A stretch of DNA of 64,000 nucleotides, from assembly GCA_013265495.1 (NCBI GenBank), contig MU058636.1, forward strand, positions 8,076,295 to 8,140,294, read 5' to 3'. Source of the stretch: Vicugna vicugna (taxonomy: Eukaryota). The notes beneath the pieces were generated by a model. The model saw only the letters and a list, made by a program, of their open reading frames with translations. It was not told the origin of the DNA and ran no database searches. This document shows, piece by piece, positions 12,407-25,121 of the stretch (positions are counted from its first letter, which is position 1; each line of letters starts with the position of its first letter). The translations under genes were made by a program, and so were the position numbers.

Positions 12407-12914
12407 CTAAGCAATCAAATCAAGAGACAGCAGATATAATGGAATCAGTATTATGACTAAACAGAAAAACCTAAGTAACTTAGTAACTAACCAATTCTAA
12501 AGAGTTGAGTGTATAATAAAAACAAGAGAAAGAAATAGGAAAAGAAATACGGGACCTCCCATCAAAAGACCTTTTTCCTGTCTTTGCTCATTTACTGCTG
12601 ATGTGTATCATGGATCAGCAAAGAATACGACTCAAGGTTCCTCATCTTGGCCAATGCTCCAATATTACTAATTTTTAAATTTAACCAGTGAGGAAAGAAG
12701 CATTATCAGGAAATTATGATGAAATATTATGGAAAAAAATCAGACGCATTTTATGCATATTATGTAACATGTACCATCTTTTTCATTATTTTAAAATTCT
12801 TTACTTATTATTCCAGCTCTAAACACAGACCTACAATAAGGAGTTATATTTTTAGACAAATTAATGTGAAAGAAGAATGGAGCTTCTGAAAGTAAGCAGT
12901 TGATTTATCTTTGC

Positions 12915-13110
12915 ACAGATACGGAGAACAAACTAGTAGTTACCAGGGGAGGGGAAAAGGGGAGGAGCAGTATAGGGGTGAACAGAAGACAAAAGGGTTA
13001 TTACAGGATTGTATGAAATCATGTGTGTGCAACTTTTCAAAATTATAAAGCACTGTAGAATTTAAAGAATCTTTTAGTCAATAAAACAATGAATAAGTAA
13101 ATAAATAAAA
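12915..13110 (+). mobile_element. LINE-1 3' UTR fragment with A-rich tail
   Basis: cacagatacggagaacaaactagtagttaccagggg...caataaaa, then A-rich tail. Confidence 0.75.
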
Positions 13111-13213
13111 TTTTTAAAACGTTAAGAGTCTTTGTTTTCCCTAAGTATAAGCTACTATTAGTGAAACTTAGAAATCTTATATGAAACTAAGTGCAATTCA
13201 AGAACTGACTTAC

Positions 13214-13270
13214 GTCCACTTCAGAAGGTATGGCCAAATTACAGGGACTCCGTTTCCACATATCTACACA
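13214..13270 (-). CDS. SUPT20H: SUPT20H exon 12 (CVDMWKRSPCNLAIPSEVD)
   Basis: ttttag|TGT...GAC|gtaagt, 57 nt. Confidence 0.95.
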
Positions 13271-13369
13271 CTAAAAAATTAAAAAGAATATAAATAAATA
13301 TACTGAAAATTCAAAATAAGGCAAAGCATTTGGCATAATAATCAGGTTCACTTAAAAATATATACTTAC

Positions 13370-13526
13370 ATTTCCTGCTTTAGAAATTTTGAGGTCATAA
13401 TGCTGACCTGCTTTTCTTTCCTTCCTTTTTTGTAAGAAATCAAGTAATTTTAGCTGAGGAGGAGGCGGACAATTAGACAGATCCTGCTGCCGATTCAGAG
13501 AGGATCTGGAATACCTCTTGAAACAC
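13370..13526 (-). CDS. SUPT20H: SUPT20H exon 11 ([14 protein letters not shown]...KISKAGN)
   Basis: tttcag|G...AAT|gtaagt, 157 nt. Confidence 0.95.
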
Positions 13527-13639
13527 CTGAAATATTAAGAGACCAGAACTAAATAAAGCTAATAAGGGGAAACTGAATAAATATGGGTTTTAAATAGTAA
13601 GTGTTAAATATGAAGTTAAACCACAAAGATTTGTAGAAC

Positions 13640-14370
13640 ACTGTCACTTGCCAACCAATATCCTAGGCACTGCTGAAATAAAAATGAGTAAGAAAAACAA
13701 AATTCCTGCTACCATGGAGTTGACAGTCCAGAACAGAAGACAGACATTCACCAGTAAACAGGTCAGATCATTCCAGATAACAAGGAGCACTAGGAGAAAA
13801 GAACAAAGTACTGCGGTGGACAAGTGATAGAAAGGGCAATGTTAGGGAAGAGAGAGGAAGGGAAGAACTCCAAAGAAATGATTTGTGAGCAGAGACATGG
13901 CAAGAGGAAATGAGCTACAGAAAGATCAGAGAGTGAGTATTTGATGCAGAGAGAATTTAAAAAGGTACAGAAGCAGCAATGAAGTTGGTTTGTTTTAAAA
14001 CAGAAAATGTAGGTGTGACTAGAGCACCAGGGTCCATCCAGTGGGAGGTGAGGTCAGAGGGCGAGGCAAGGGCCTTGCAGATGAATGATATGTTTGGACT
14101 GAATGTGAAGTACAATAGTGCTTTAGAGGAGTTTAAGCAAGTGGTGGCATGATCTGCTTTGAGGTTTTTAAAACATTACTCTGGTTTGCTTACATGCCGA
14201 ACAGGCCAGAAGGGAGCAAAGGTGAAGTAGAAGACCAGTTAGGAAGGAGTTTATTACAGATGTCAAGATGAAGATGACAGTGGCTTGGCTGAAGGTACTG
14301 GTGGTGAGCATGGAGAGTTGTGGACAGGAACACAGGAGACTTCATAGGACTGCTAATGGATCCTATATGG
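13640..14370 (+). mobile_element. L2 fragment (strand uncertain)
   Basis: Purine-rich, degenerate L2 3'-end motifs (cctgctaccatggagttgacagtccag; gaccagttagga). Confidence 0.6.
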
Positions 14371-15063
14371 ACTTATTTTACTATCTCCAAAACTGTACCT
14401 TTTCCTCAGCATTTATTAGTTCAACAGTGAACCAGGGAATATAGAAAATGGATAGGTTATTTGAGCCGCTTCAAACTTGAGGAAAATCCAAAGTGGGCAA
14501 CTCAAACAATTATGCAAAGAGAACTTAATGATGAGTCAACCACAACTGCAGTCCAAATTAATATGCATTCTTTTACTTCATTAAGTAGAAAAGATAGCTA
14601 ATACACTCAAAGACAAGTTACCATGTTATAAAAAGGCATTTAATTATAAACTGACTTCACAAACTGTATCATTTTTTCCTAAATCTCAAAAATAAATTAT
14701 GAATTATTTCTTTAAAGGTAATATTAATAAAAATTAAGGTGGCTACTGGGTACTAGGAAGTGATAAATTATTCTTTCTGCTCATACCTGTCTCATCTCAG
14801 AATTTCTTTCTGGTGAACAGACTCTGAACTTGTTTTTCCAAAGAATGTAGAGTGTGCATCATTTCAATATAAAGCAGAGTATACAAAAAATAATTCGAAT
14901 TCTGATACAAAAAAGTATTAAAAGGCAACTTAAAAAAATTCAAGTTTAAAAAAAAAAATCAGAGCACTTTTCTACTTGAGAGGGAAAAGATCCCATAAAC
15001 TGCAAAATTCAGAGCTAGCACTCTAGGAGCACCTCTTGGATTATCCTTCCACAAAGGCAGTTA

Positions 15064-15252
<189 letters not shown>

Positions 15253-17396
15253 TCACATATATCACTTAATCTAGAACTATTCCTTGGAATATTTCTATTA
15301 AGGAGCACAGTAAAATAGCAATAGTATTTCAAGTTCTAATTTAAGTGTGTAAACTTTAGAAACTTGACAGCATAATGAGACTACTAACAGAAATTCAGTA
15401 ATTTGTACAGTATACAAAATGGTCAAATTGCAAGAATGCCTATCCATTAACTCAACAAGTATTTACTAAGCCCTTAGTGTGTTAGGCACTGTCCTAGATG
15501 TCAGGGATAAATCAGTGAACAAGACAGATAAAATCCTCTGCTCCCACAAAGCTTGCAGGATCAAGATGGATGATAGCACTTTTGGTAACAGTCCCATTCT
15601 ATACTCAGCTTAACTTTATTACAAGAACAAAAATGACTCCACTAATACTGTGTAAACTCTATACACCCAATTCCAAAGTTTATACAGGCTTTTTAATGGT
15701 ATTATGTAACTTATTCTACTGAATCCTACTTTTTTTTAGCTTAAACTCTGAAATATTTTAATGGCTAGAAATAAATTTTTTACAAGTCAAATGAGTCGAT
15801 TAATATACTACTGAGTAGAATTTTTGCAAAAAAAAAGCAGAAGAAATGCTGCTTCTTTCAATAGGTTTCTTCAACTTTTATTATGGAAATGTTCAAAAAT
15901 ACACAAAACAGAAATGTAATGACACCCATGTACCAATATCCAATTTCATTTAACAACCACTCCTCTAACTTCTTGTTTTTGTTTTCCTAGAGTAATTTTA
16001 AATACATCTCTGATGTATTATTTCATCTGAAAATCCTTCATCATGCACTACTAACTGATAAGGACCTCTAATACCCAGTCTGATGTTCAATTCCTATTAT
16101 CTCTTTTTTTAATGGGTTTGTTTGAATTTGAACTCAAACTAAGGCCTACACATTGTATTTGGTTTTTAACCCCTCCTAAACACCTTAAAAAATTTTTTTG
16201 AAATGATCACCTCCTCCCCCATCTTTTTTCTTTTCTAATGCACTTGATTTGTTGATATTTGACCAACTATTTTCCCTTGGTATCGTTTAACTGGATCTGG
16301 CTGGTTGCTGCCTCATCCATATCATTTAATAGTTTCTCTTATTCATTGAATTACCTTTAAACTGTTAGTTACACAGAGGCTTGATTTAAATTAAAGTTCT
16401 ATTTTGTTAGACAAGAGTTCTTTCTCATCCATCACACCAGAAGGCACACAATGACCAACTGCCCCACTTTTAGACCAGAGGGTTTAGTCAGATTACTGGT
16501 CTTCCACATCTAAGAAATATTACCACCAAGATTAAGATTTCCAAGCTGATGACATTATAGAAAGTCTATCATTCCTTTCACACCTATTAGCTGAAATTTT
16601 TCTAAAGAATTTTCCTTTAGTTACTATTTGGCTACCTAACGTACAGTTCACACAGAAAAGGCAGAATAAAGGTTACAGTCTCTTCTCTTATTTACCAATC
16701 TTCAGAGTAAGAAACTGATGCCTTAGGAACCTCCAACGGTGATCAATGAGTTTGTTTTTTAATATCCTTTTAATAGCGTTTGATATTCTGGTAAACGATA
16801 AGACTACAGCCCAAACTACAACACAACACTTGATAGTTACTGATGAACTGAATCTTACTTTATAATCCTATTTCAGAGATAGAATAATTCTCATTATTGA
16901 CATTTTCTTTGGTTTAGTAACTATTCCTCTCTATAGTAACAGGGAAGTGAACACTCTTGCGAGTGGGCACCGCATATATACTGAGCCAGCACTGAAGGAT
17001 TAATTGGCTCTTGTCAGGATAAGAGAGGTCCGCTGGTGCTACAATCAGCATGGCCGGCAGAAAGACAGGCCAGGCCCACTTCAGAATCCTAGACGACAGA
17101 AAATCACTATCTATTTTTATCCATGGTGTGAAAAAAACATTCTGTTTGAGAGGGGATAAAAATCTAAGTTTCACATTGGGCAGATCAGGTCCTAAAGCAA
17201 CTGGGACTGAACTGTTTCACTTTCTTGAAGGATTACTGCATCTTTGTAGAGACCCTTAACTTCTAAAGCTCATGACAGAATCCCAAACTTTACTCATAAA
17301 TAAAATTATGAGCAGAGAATATATTCTGCTTAACTTAGTAAGTATTATTTCACCCTGTATATTACCTGTTTCGGATTAAAAAACAGAACAACCAAC

Positions 17397-17450
17397 CTGG
17401 GTCCATTTATGGTTATCACTTGTTATTGAATGTACATCACAGATTAAAGT
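17397..17450 (-). CDS. SUPT20H: SUPT20H exon 9 (TLICDVHSITSDNHKWTQ)
   Basis: ttctag|ACT...CAG|gttggt, 54 nt. Confidence 0.95.
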
Positions 17451-17541
17451 CTAGAAGAAAAAAAAATTAAAAACATTAATGTATAGGCATGCAAGCATAT
17501 GAAGACATTTAATAAATAAAACCTGAAATAATACCTAATTA

Positions 17542-17700
<159 letters not shown>

Positions 17701-18309
17701 TCATTTTTCAGAAGTCTCAACAAGTGGGTTTATACTGAATGCTCAGGTTTTTTATATTCTCACACTGACCAATCACGTTATTAAACGGAATTCCTTAGTG
17801 GATTTACCACCACATAAACCCTTTTAAAGGAACTGTTTTATGTTTATCACTATGATTCAAGAAGCAGTGTAATGCTGTTTCCTAGTTACAGACTGACATT
17901 TGGCATTAATATACGATGAACGTTACAGGTCACTGGAATTGTTCTTCTTTCTGACGCTCAGTGGCTCACTGTTGTACTCTGCTAACTTTGTCACTGTTAT
18001 AAATTGTCAATAACCACGCCAGAGTTTCAGCTTATGGACACATCTGCTTTATTGCTCTGCTAAAATTCCCAGAAGACAGCTTTTACTTATAAAAGGAAGA
18101 AAACTAACAAGGAAGAAAACTAACATTAATTCAAATAGTCTTCTGTTAAAGGTACTGTTTTTTAGTCCTAAGAACCTTTAACCACTCAAGTCTTGCTAAT
18201 TATCACTTGCCACAGTTGCTTATGGTCCTGGTGTTTTTCACCCATTCAGAACTTCAAGTGGCTACCATGACCTCCAACTTATCAGCTGCTACTATACTCA
18301 TGCTTTTTA

Positions 18310-19600
18310 ACCAGTTTGTACTGAGCCACTGCAACATGAACTGTGTGCCACACACTATCCAAGAAGCTCCACAGATAAAGTGGTGAGGTACTTGCTCTCA
18401 GAGTGGGAAGACAGGCAATAAACATGTAACAAATAAACAAGATAATGTGAGATAATGAATGCTATAAAGGAAATAAAATAGGCAGGGGCCAATTTAGACT
18501 GTGTGCTCAGATAATAACTCTCTGAGGGAGTGATTTTCAGCTGAAATCTGAATCACAACAAAGGGCCAGACATCTGGACAGATGACTCCAGATAGAAAGA
18601 ACAGCAGATGAGTAAGACAGGAATAAGCTCAGTGTGTTTTAGTATGGAAAGAAAGCATGGATAGCTGGAGTGCACTGAGTGCAGATGAGAGCCAGGAGGT
18701 GAAGACAAAGAGAAAGGCAGGGGTTCTGTATAGCAAGAGGACACTGGAGAACTTTAAGCAGGAGACTGCTTGGTTTTTGGTTTTTTTGTTTTTGTTTTGT
18801 AAGCTTAATCTGGTTGTTTGTGGAAAATTGATTTCTGGGGTTCTAGAATAAAAACAGGAAGCTCAGCAAGGTAACTATAGAAGGTCAAGACCATATATTC
18901 TGAAGGTACAGGTGACAGCTGCTGATGGACTGAATGTGGAAGGTGAGAGCAGAGTCATCCATTAGACTGGAAAGATTGGTAATGGAACTGGCTTGTGGGG
19001 TAAAAGTAAAAAGTTCTGTTCTGTTGTGGTAACTTTGAAGAACCTATTATATATCATAGTAAACACTCCAGGGCTTAGTTAAAATTAAAAAAAAAAAGCT
19101 CTGGAGCTTAGTGGAATGGTCATTGAGTGAGATATAAGCAAGGAACAAGGAACCAAACGTCATTTTTTTAAACTCAGGAAGCTGTTTGAGACCATCTAGG
19201 GAGAGGTGTTACTAGAGTGCCCAGGACTGAACCCTGAACATATTTACAGGGGAACAGAGACGACAGCAAAAAAAAGACTGAAAGAATAAGAGAAAAACCA
19301 GGAAGATGATACTGAGAAGCTGAGAGAAGAGTGTTTCAAAGACGAAGTAGTCATTTATACTGAACTTTGCTAAGAGACCAATTAAGATGACAACAGAAAA
19401 GGATTTTTTTAAAAAGTTGAGATGGTACAGTATACTTCTATTTTTTATCTAACAGAGAGAGGAAAATAAATAGAAGAGAGAAGGATTAAAGTTGTAAATC
19501 CTTGAGGAGGAGGAGAAGGATCCAGAATTCAAGTGGAGAGGATGCCTTAGGAACATCCATTTTGACAAGAAGGCAGGCAGAAAGTGTGGGCAGAGATGTG
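18310..19600 (+). mobile_element. L2 fragments (strand uncertain)
   Basis: Same L2-like motifs as 13.6-14.4 kb. Confidence 0.55.
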
Positions 19601-19707
19601 GGGATGCTAGGGGAAGTTCCTACCTGATGGCTTCTTTTTCCTCAGTAAAGGACCACAGTATGGCTGGGGTGAACCCAAGGGTGTAAGCAGTTTCTTCCGT
19701 AATTTCT

Positions 19708-19845
19708 ATTTTCCTTAAAAAATTTTTTTATTGGGGGGGAGGTAATTAGGTTTATTTACCTATTTTAATGGAGATACTGGGGACTGAACCCAGGACCTCA
19801 TGCATGCTAAGAATGTGCTCTACCACTGAGCTATACCCTCTCTCA
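19708..19845 (-). mobile_element. tRNA-Ala-derived SINE, Vic-1-like (camelid)
   Basis: Minus strand GGGTATAGCTCAGTGGTAGAGCAC...GAGGTCCTGGGTTCAGTCCCCAGTATCTCC plus ...CCTAATTACCTCCCCCC-A tail; imperfect TSD ccgtaatttct/ccacaatttct. Confidence 0.85.
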
Positions 19846-20091
19846 CCACAATTTCTTGATTGTAGCTATAGGGATATTTCCAGTGGATGAGCTAATTGTT
19901 ACAGCAATTTTAGAAAAATCAACTAAATCTATATATACATTTCAGTACAGTTTAAAGGATAAATATCCCACAATAAACCAATTTTCATATAACTATGTGT
20001 AATATCTCATTTCATGTTCCAACCACTGTTGAGGACATAACTAAATATTCTTTATCATAAAACATACAGGTGGCAAATTAAGGACATTTTA

Positions 20092-20220
<129 letters not shown>

Positions 20221-21093
20221 TCAAAACATAAAGTTTCTGAAAATGATAAAGCTCACCAAAAAGCTAGGTAATAACTTAAGTAACTTTTCATAAAAGGTGA
20301 AGAGAATAAAGCCAAAAGCTCTCCTGAAGTCCTTTATTTAAGTCTTATAAATAAATCACCTTATATACTGCTGAAAAGCTTGATCAACTATATACAATTT
20401 TGGACCAGAAAGGAGAAAAACACCTAACATATTATGGAAAAACATTTGGCACAACAATCACAATATAAATCACAGCCAGTTGCACAATAAACAGAATATG
20501 ATAAAATTGTAACATCTGTTAACTAAAAGTTCCCTGAAGACTGCTTAATAAAATCTGGAAATTGGAATAGTAATTTGGCATTGCCTCTGAAAATATCACT
20601 TACAGAATATAATTCTCTCGCTGTTACATTTTACAATTAATAACCAATATAAGAAAAATTTCTTAACTAGGTTAAGTTCCTTGTAGAACCCATAATATCA
20701 TCACTATCAAAACTTAAACTCCTCTTTAGTGAAATCTAAGAGTACTTAAATTTTAGAACTATTTTTATACTCACATTAGGAATAAAATGTTAATATATGA
20801 AAACTACTCAAAAGACAGTGAATCTGCTTAACTTTGAAAGCTTCAGACTCAAAATATATTCAAAATGCAGAAGAAAAACATACCTTAAAACACCTTATGC
20901 TATCTTAATATATAAACACCAATAGAACAAAAGAAAATTTTGACAATTACTTTAAAATTATCTCTTTTATAATTTAACTTCAAAGACCTATTTCAATCAT
21001 AAGACTTCTTAAATTCAGGAAATCTAATAACTTCTAATGTTCCAATAAAACATCAAGAAGAAGAAAATTTGGAATCAAAATCTTCTTTTATCA

Positions 21094-21426
<333 letters not shown>

Positions 21427-22284
21427 TTAATCTCTTGGTGCTCCTTCCATATCTATGTAAAGTTAATTCTGATCTATTACTATGTTTTATGCAGATGAAT
21501 TATTATCAGAAAGAAAAACCAGTGACCTATAAAACAATAAAAATACTTAAATATAAAGTATATACCTCTGAGCACACAAGTAGCAAATATTAGAAATATT
21601 TTAAAAGAAAAACTGTTAAACAAAAATTTTTTTTAAAACATGCTATTATGTATAATTAGTTTCTATTAAGAATAAATCTAGACAAATAAATAATTTGGGG
21701 CATTCTCTTTGGTTGTACTGCTACAAAGCACATTATTTAAATAGTTTATGGCCTAAATTAGATCCCAACAAGTTCAATAGCTCTAAGTAGCTGAAATGTT
21801 AAATCCCAAAATATCTAACTGGTAAGGGGACATGAACAATTTAAATAATTTTCTGTAAATTCAATTTAACAGCTCCTTAGCAACCACTTTGCTAAAACAA
21901 AACAAAAATAAAAACACCCCAAAACAAAAAACTATCAGGAAACATAATACACATACATCAAAATCCGTTATTTTAGAAATGTGTGATTTGAAATGAAGCT
22001 CGCTTACAATTCCTTTCATCAAATCTTATTTGAGTACAAAAATAAGAAAAACTTATTTGTTAAAGATGTCAGTCAATAGAACATTTATTTTCACAGGATC
22101 CCAAAAAACAAATCTCTTTTGAGTATTTTATATTAAACATGTATATACACACAGTAATAAGCGGAAAGAAATGGTAAGTTCTTGATCTATTGTCAACATA
22201 AGATTAAAAGATTGCATTTTGAAAATTCAAAAAAAAAAGGCAAAGCAACTTTTAACTACTTTGATGGAAAGTCAGAAAACGTCT

Positions 22285-22470
22285 TTCTTAAAGGACCAGA
22301 CAGTATTTTAGGCTAGTATATGGTCTGTGTTGCAAGTACTCAACTCTGCTATTTAATCTCAAAATTGGCCATGGACAAGACAAACTAAGGTGTGTGGCTG
22401 GATTCTAATAAAATTTCATTTACAAAAACATGTGGGCCTAATATGGCTGTTGGACAATGGTTGTCAACCC
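22285..22470. mobile_element. MER58-like hAT MITE
   Basis: ctcaactctgc...aataaaatttcatttacaaaaaca...ttgtcaacccc. Confidence 0.7.
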
Positions 22471-22578
22471 CAATTTAGAATCTTTACTTAGGTATCTCTC
22501 CTCCCTTAGCTACGTCTCTGAGGTAATTAATAGACATGTTCATTATACTGACTGTGCTGCCAGTTTATGGTTGTATAC

Positions 22579-23080
22579 TGTGAAAGTTAATAAAAGGAAA
22601 CCTCAACTAAAATTAAAGTGGAGAAGGCCTGTAGAGGGAGTTCTCATGTCCCACCACTCATCATGAATTACCCCAAACAGGAAGACATCAGTTACTGATA
22701 CCAACAAGAAGAGAATTACCCTGCACACTCAAAGAGGAAATGCAACTACTTTACCTCCCCAACTGGGGAAAGGAAGACTTTCTTCTTATCCAGCAAGAGT
22801 GAATGGAAAAGGGCTGCAGCCCTGGCGATGGAAAACACCTGCAGCTCAGCCACTGAAAAGCTATCATCTCCTGAACTTTTACTTTCCTCCAATGAACTCT
22901 CATTTTTTTCCTTGCTGTTGACTTTCTTTCCCTGTCCTGCCCGCCTTATACTAAAAGCCTTCCATGTTATATATAACTCCTCAGAGTATCTCTGCCAGAT
23001 GAGATGCTGCCTGATTCATGAGTCGTTTAATAAAGTCAATTAGATCTTCAAATTTACTCAGTTAAATTGTTTTTTTAACA
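22579..23080 (+). mobile_element. Solo ERV1-type LTR, antisense to SUPT20H
   Basis: TG...CA termini, AATAAA near the 3' end, near 4-bp TSD atac/ataa. Confidence 0.75.
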
Positions 23081-23860
23081 ATAAGTCAAAACTTATAAAA
23101 TGTATACTTCAAACATGTGCAATTTATTGTATGTCAATTATACCTCAATAAAACTTATGGAAAACATACCATAAGACTTATTCAGTTTCACAATCATTTT
23201 TCTCCTAAAGATTTTAAAGGTTAGATACTACTGGAATTCCACTAATTTTCTGTCTAAGAGTTATTCATTTTAAAATTAAAGACTGACAACAGAAGCTAAT
23301 TTGAGCCCTTTAAGGCCTTTACAACTGAGAGTCTAAAAGATATCAAGAAACCAATACATTGCTACTGCCCATACTTTCATGCTAAAAAAAAAAAATGAAC
23401 TAGCCTGGCCATGAACAAATTTTCGTGACCAAATTCACCTTTTATTATCATTTTTCATTTCCTACATGTCCTTATAATAGTTGTTTAACTTTCTAGTGGA
23501 TATCACCATGAGGAAATAGGTTACTCTTCTCCTGTCCTCAGTCTACAGATAACTTCGCAGGAGGAAAAAGTAACAGAAGAAAATGTATATGGTGGCTTTG
23601 CTTCTTCTGACTTCCCAATGAGACAATCTGTTACTCAGTAAACACAGTTCCTCTCTCCCCCCTAAGAAGGTGATCTCTGCCAGGTGACAGACTAGCCAGA
23701 GCTCTGGTTTAGCTGCAGAACTGGCTGGAGTCTGGTTAGAAAAAAATAATAGTTAACGCACAAAAATATAAATCTTTATCTGCTTCAAATCTAATTTCTT
23801 CAAATTCCCCTCTCCCACTACATTTCAAAAGCCGTAATAACATAAAAATTTTATACTTAC

Positions 23861-23927
23861 CTTAACCTCAGGCTCTTTTTCGCATTCTTCGATATACAAG
23901 TCATAAAGTTTTTGAAATATAGATTTT
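23861..23927 (-). CDS. SUPT20H: SUPT20H exon 5 ([22 protein letters not shown])
   Basis: ttttag|A...AAG|gtaagt, 67 nt; lies within ORF-track 23825..24031. Confidence 0.95.
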
Positions 23928-24089
23928 CTAAAATTTAATAACAGAGACAACAAACAACATAATGTGACTGTAACAATGATAAAATAAACATTATTTTGAA
24001 TTTTCCTGTAATTTTTCCCCCAATTTCCCAAAAACGGGGTGAAGTGGGGCTGGATATGGTAGCTAACATCAACTGAGAAATTTCTAATA

Positions 24090-24273
24090 CAGTTGAACCT
24101 TGTACAACTTGGGGGTTAACCCTCATATAACTTAGCTCTCTGTATCTACGGTTCCTCTGCATCCACAGTCAATCAACCACTGACCACGTAGTACTGTTGT
24201 GCTTACTACTGAAAAGCATTCGTGAATAATTGAACCCACACAGTTCAAACCCACGTTGTTCACGGGTCAACTG
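24090..24273. mobile_element. MER8-like (Tigger2-derived) MITE
   Basis: TIRs cagttgaaccttgtacaac / gttgttcacgggtcaactg, flanked by TA on both sides. Confidence 0.85.
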
Positions 24274-24392
24274 TACATGCAAAGTACCCAGAATACAAAA
24301 TTTCTAGCCCAGTGTCTAGTAAGAATGAAATAAATGGTGGCTATCATATTTCAATGAATCAAAGATTTCAACAATTAATTAAGTATTCATAC

Positions 24393-24451
24393 CTTCCACT
24401 AGATAGATATTTCCTTTTAGGAGGTCTCTGTCGGGCACTTTCAATGACATA
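24393..24451 (-). CDS. SUPT20H: SUPT20H exon 4 (YVIESARQRPPKRKYLSSG-R)
   Basis: ttttcag|TAT...GGAAG|gtatga, 59 nt. Confidence 0.95.
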
Positions 24452-25085
24452 CTGAAAAAAAGAAAAGTTTAAGAAAACAGCTTGTCTCTTGTTTAGCACA
24501 CGGACAACTGTTTTAAGTATATTTAAATCATGTGCAAGGCTAAAAAGGCTATTCAGTCACTCAAGTCTCTGATTTATATCAAATTATGCCTTGTAGGGAA
24601 ACCTACTTAACTTCTAAATAAAATTTAGCACAATATTTACACGCTATAAGTAAAATCATACAGTTTTGCAATTGTGATTTTCATAGGTCAGAAATATTTG
24701 CAATGTTTTATGGCTGTTCAGAATATGCACAGCACATCCAGTTACAAGGACTCTATGTATCTGAGCTATTTTCCCCTTTAATTGAGCAATTAGAAAATTT
24801 GTTAAGACAGAAACTATAATTTTAGAAATTCTATGTCCTTGTTCAAACATTTATTTCACAGTATTATTCAATTTTTGTTCCACAGCATTATCATCTGAGC
24901 ATTCCAAGTTAACAGATGATCCAAACATCATCTGGTATTTATATACATTTACAGCAAAATTTCCATGCTCATCCTAAAATAACATTACTGTTCTCCTTTG
25001 ACAGTCACAAACAAAAATCTCTTAAAACTGAGCTTTGTTGATTAAAGACAACACTATTTCAATAAGTAACTTAGTCACGCCTCAC

Positions 25086-25121
25086 CTCTGCACGATCCAA
25101 AGCTAGTTCTAAAGCTTGCTG
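25086..25121 (-). CDS. SUPT20H: SUPT20H exon 3 (QQALELALDRAE)
   Basis: tttttacag|CAGCAA...GCAGAG|gtgagg, 36 nt. Confidence 0.95.

Noticed and set aside
19768..19840. tRNA-Ala(AGC)-like sequence
   Set aside because: Mismatched stems, SINE body and A-tail with a TSD; a SINE head rather than a tRNA gene
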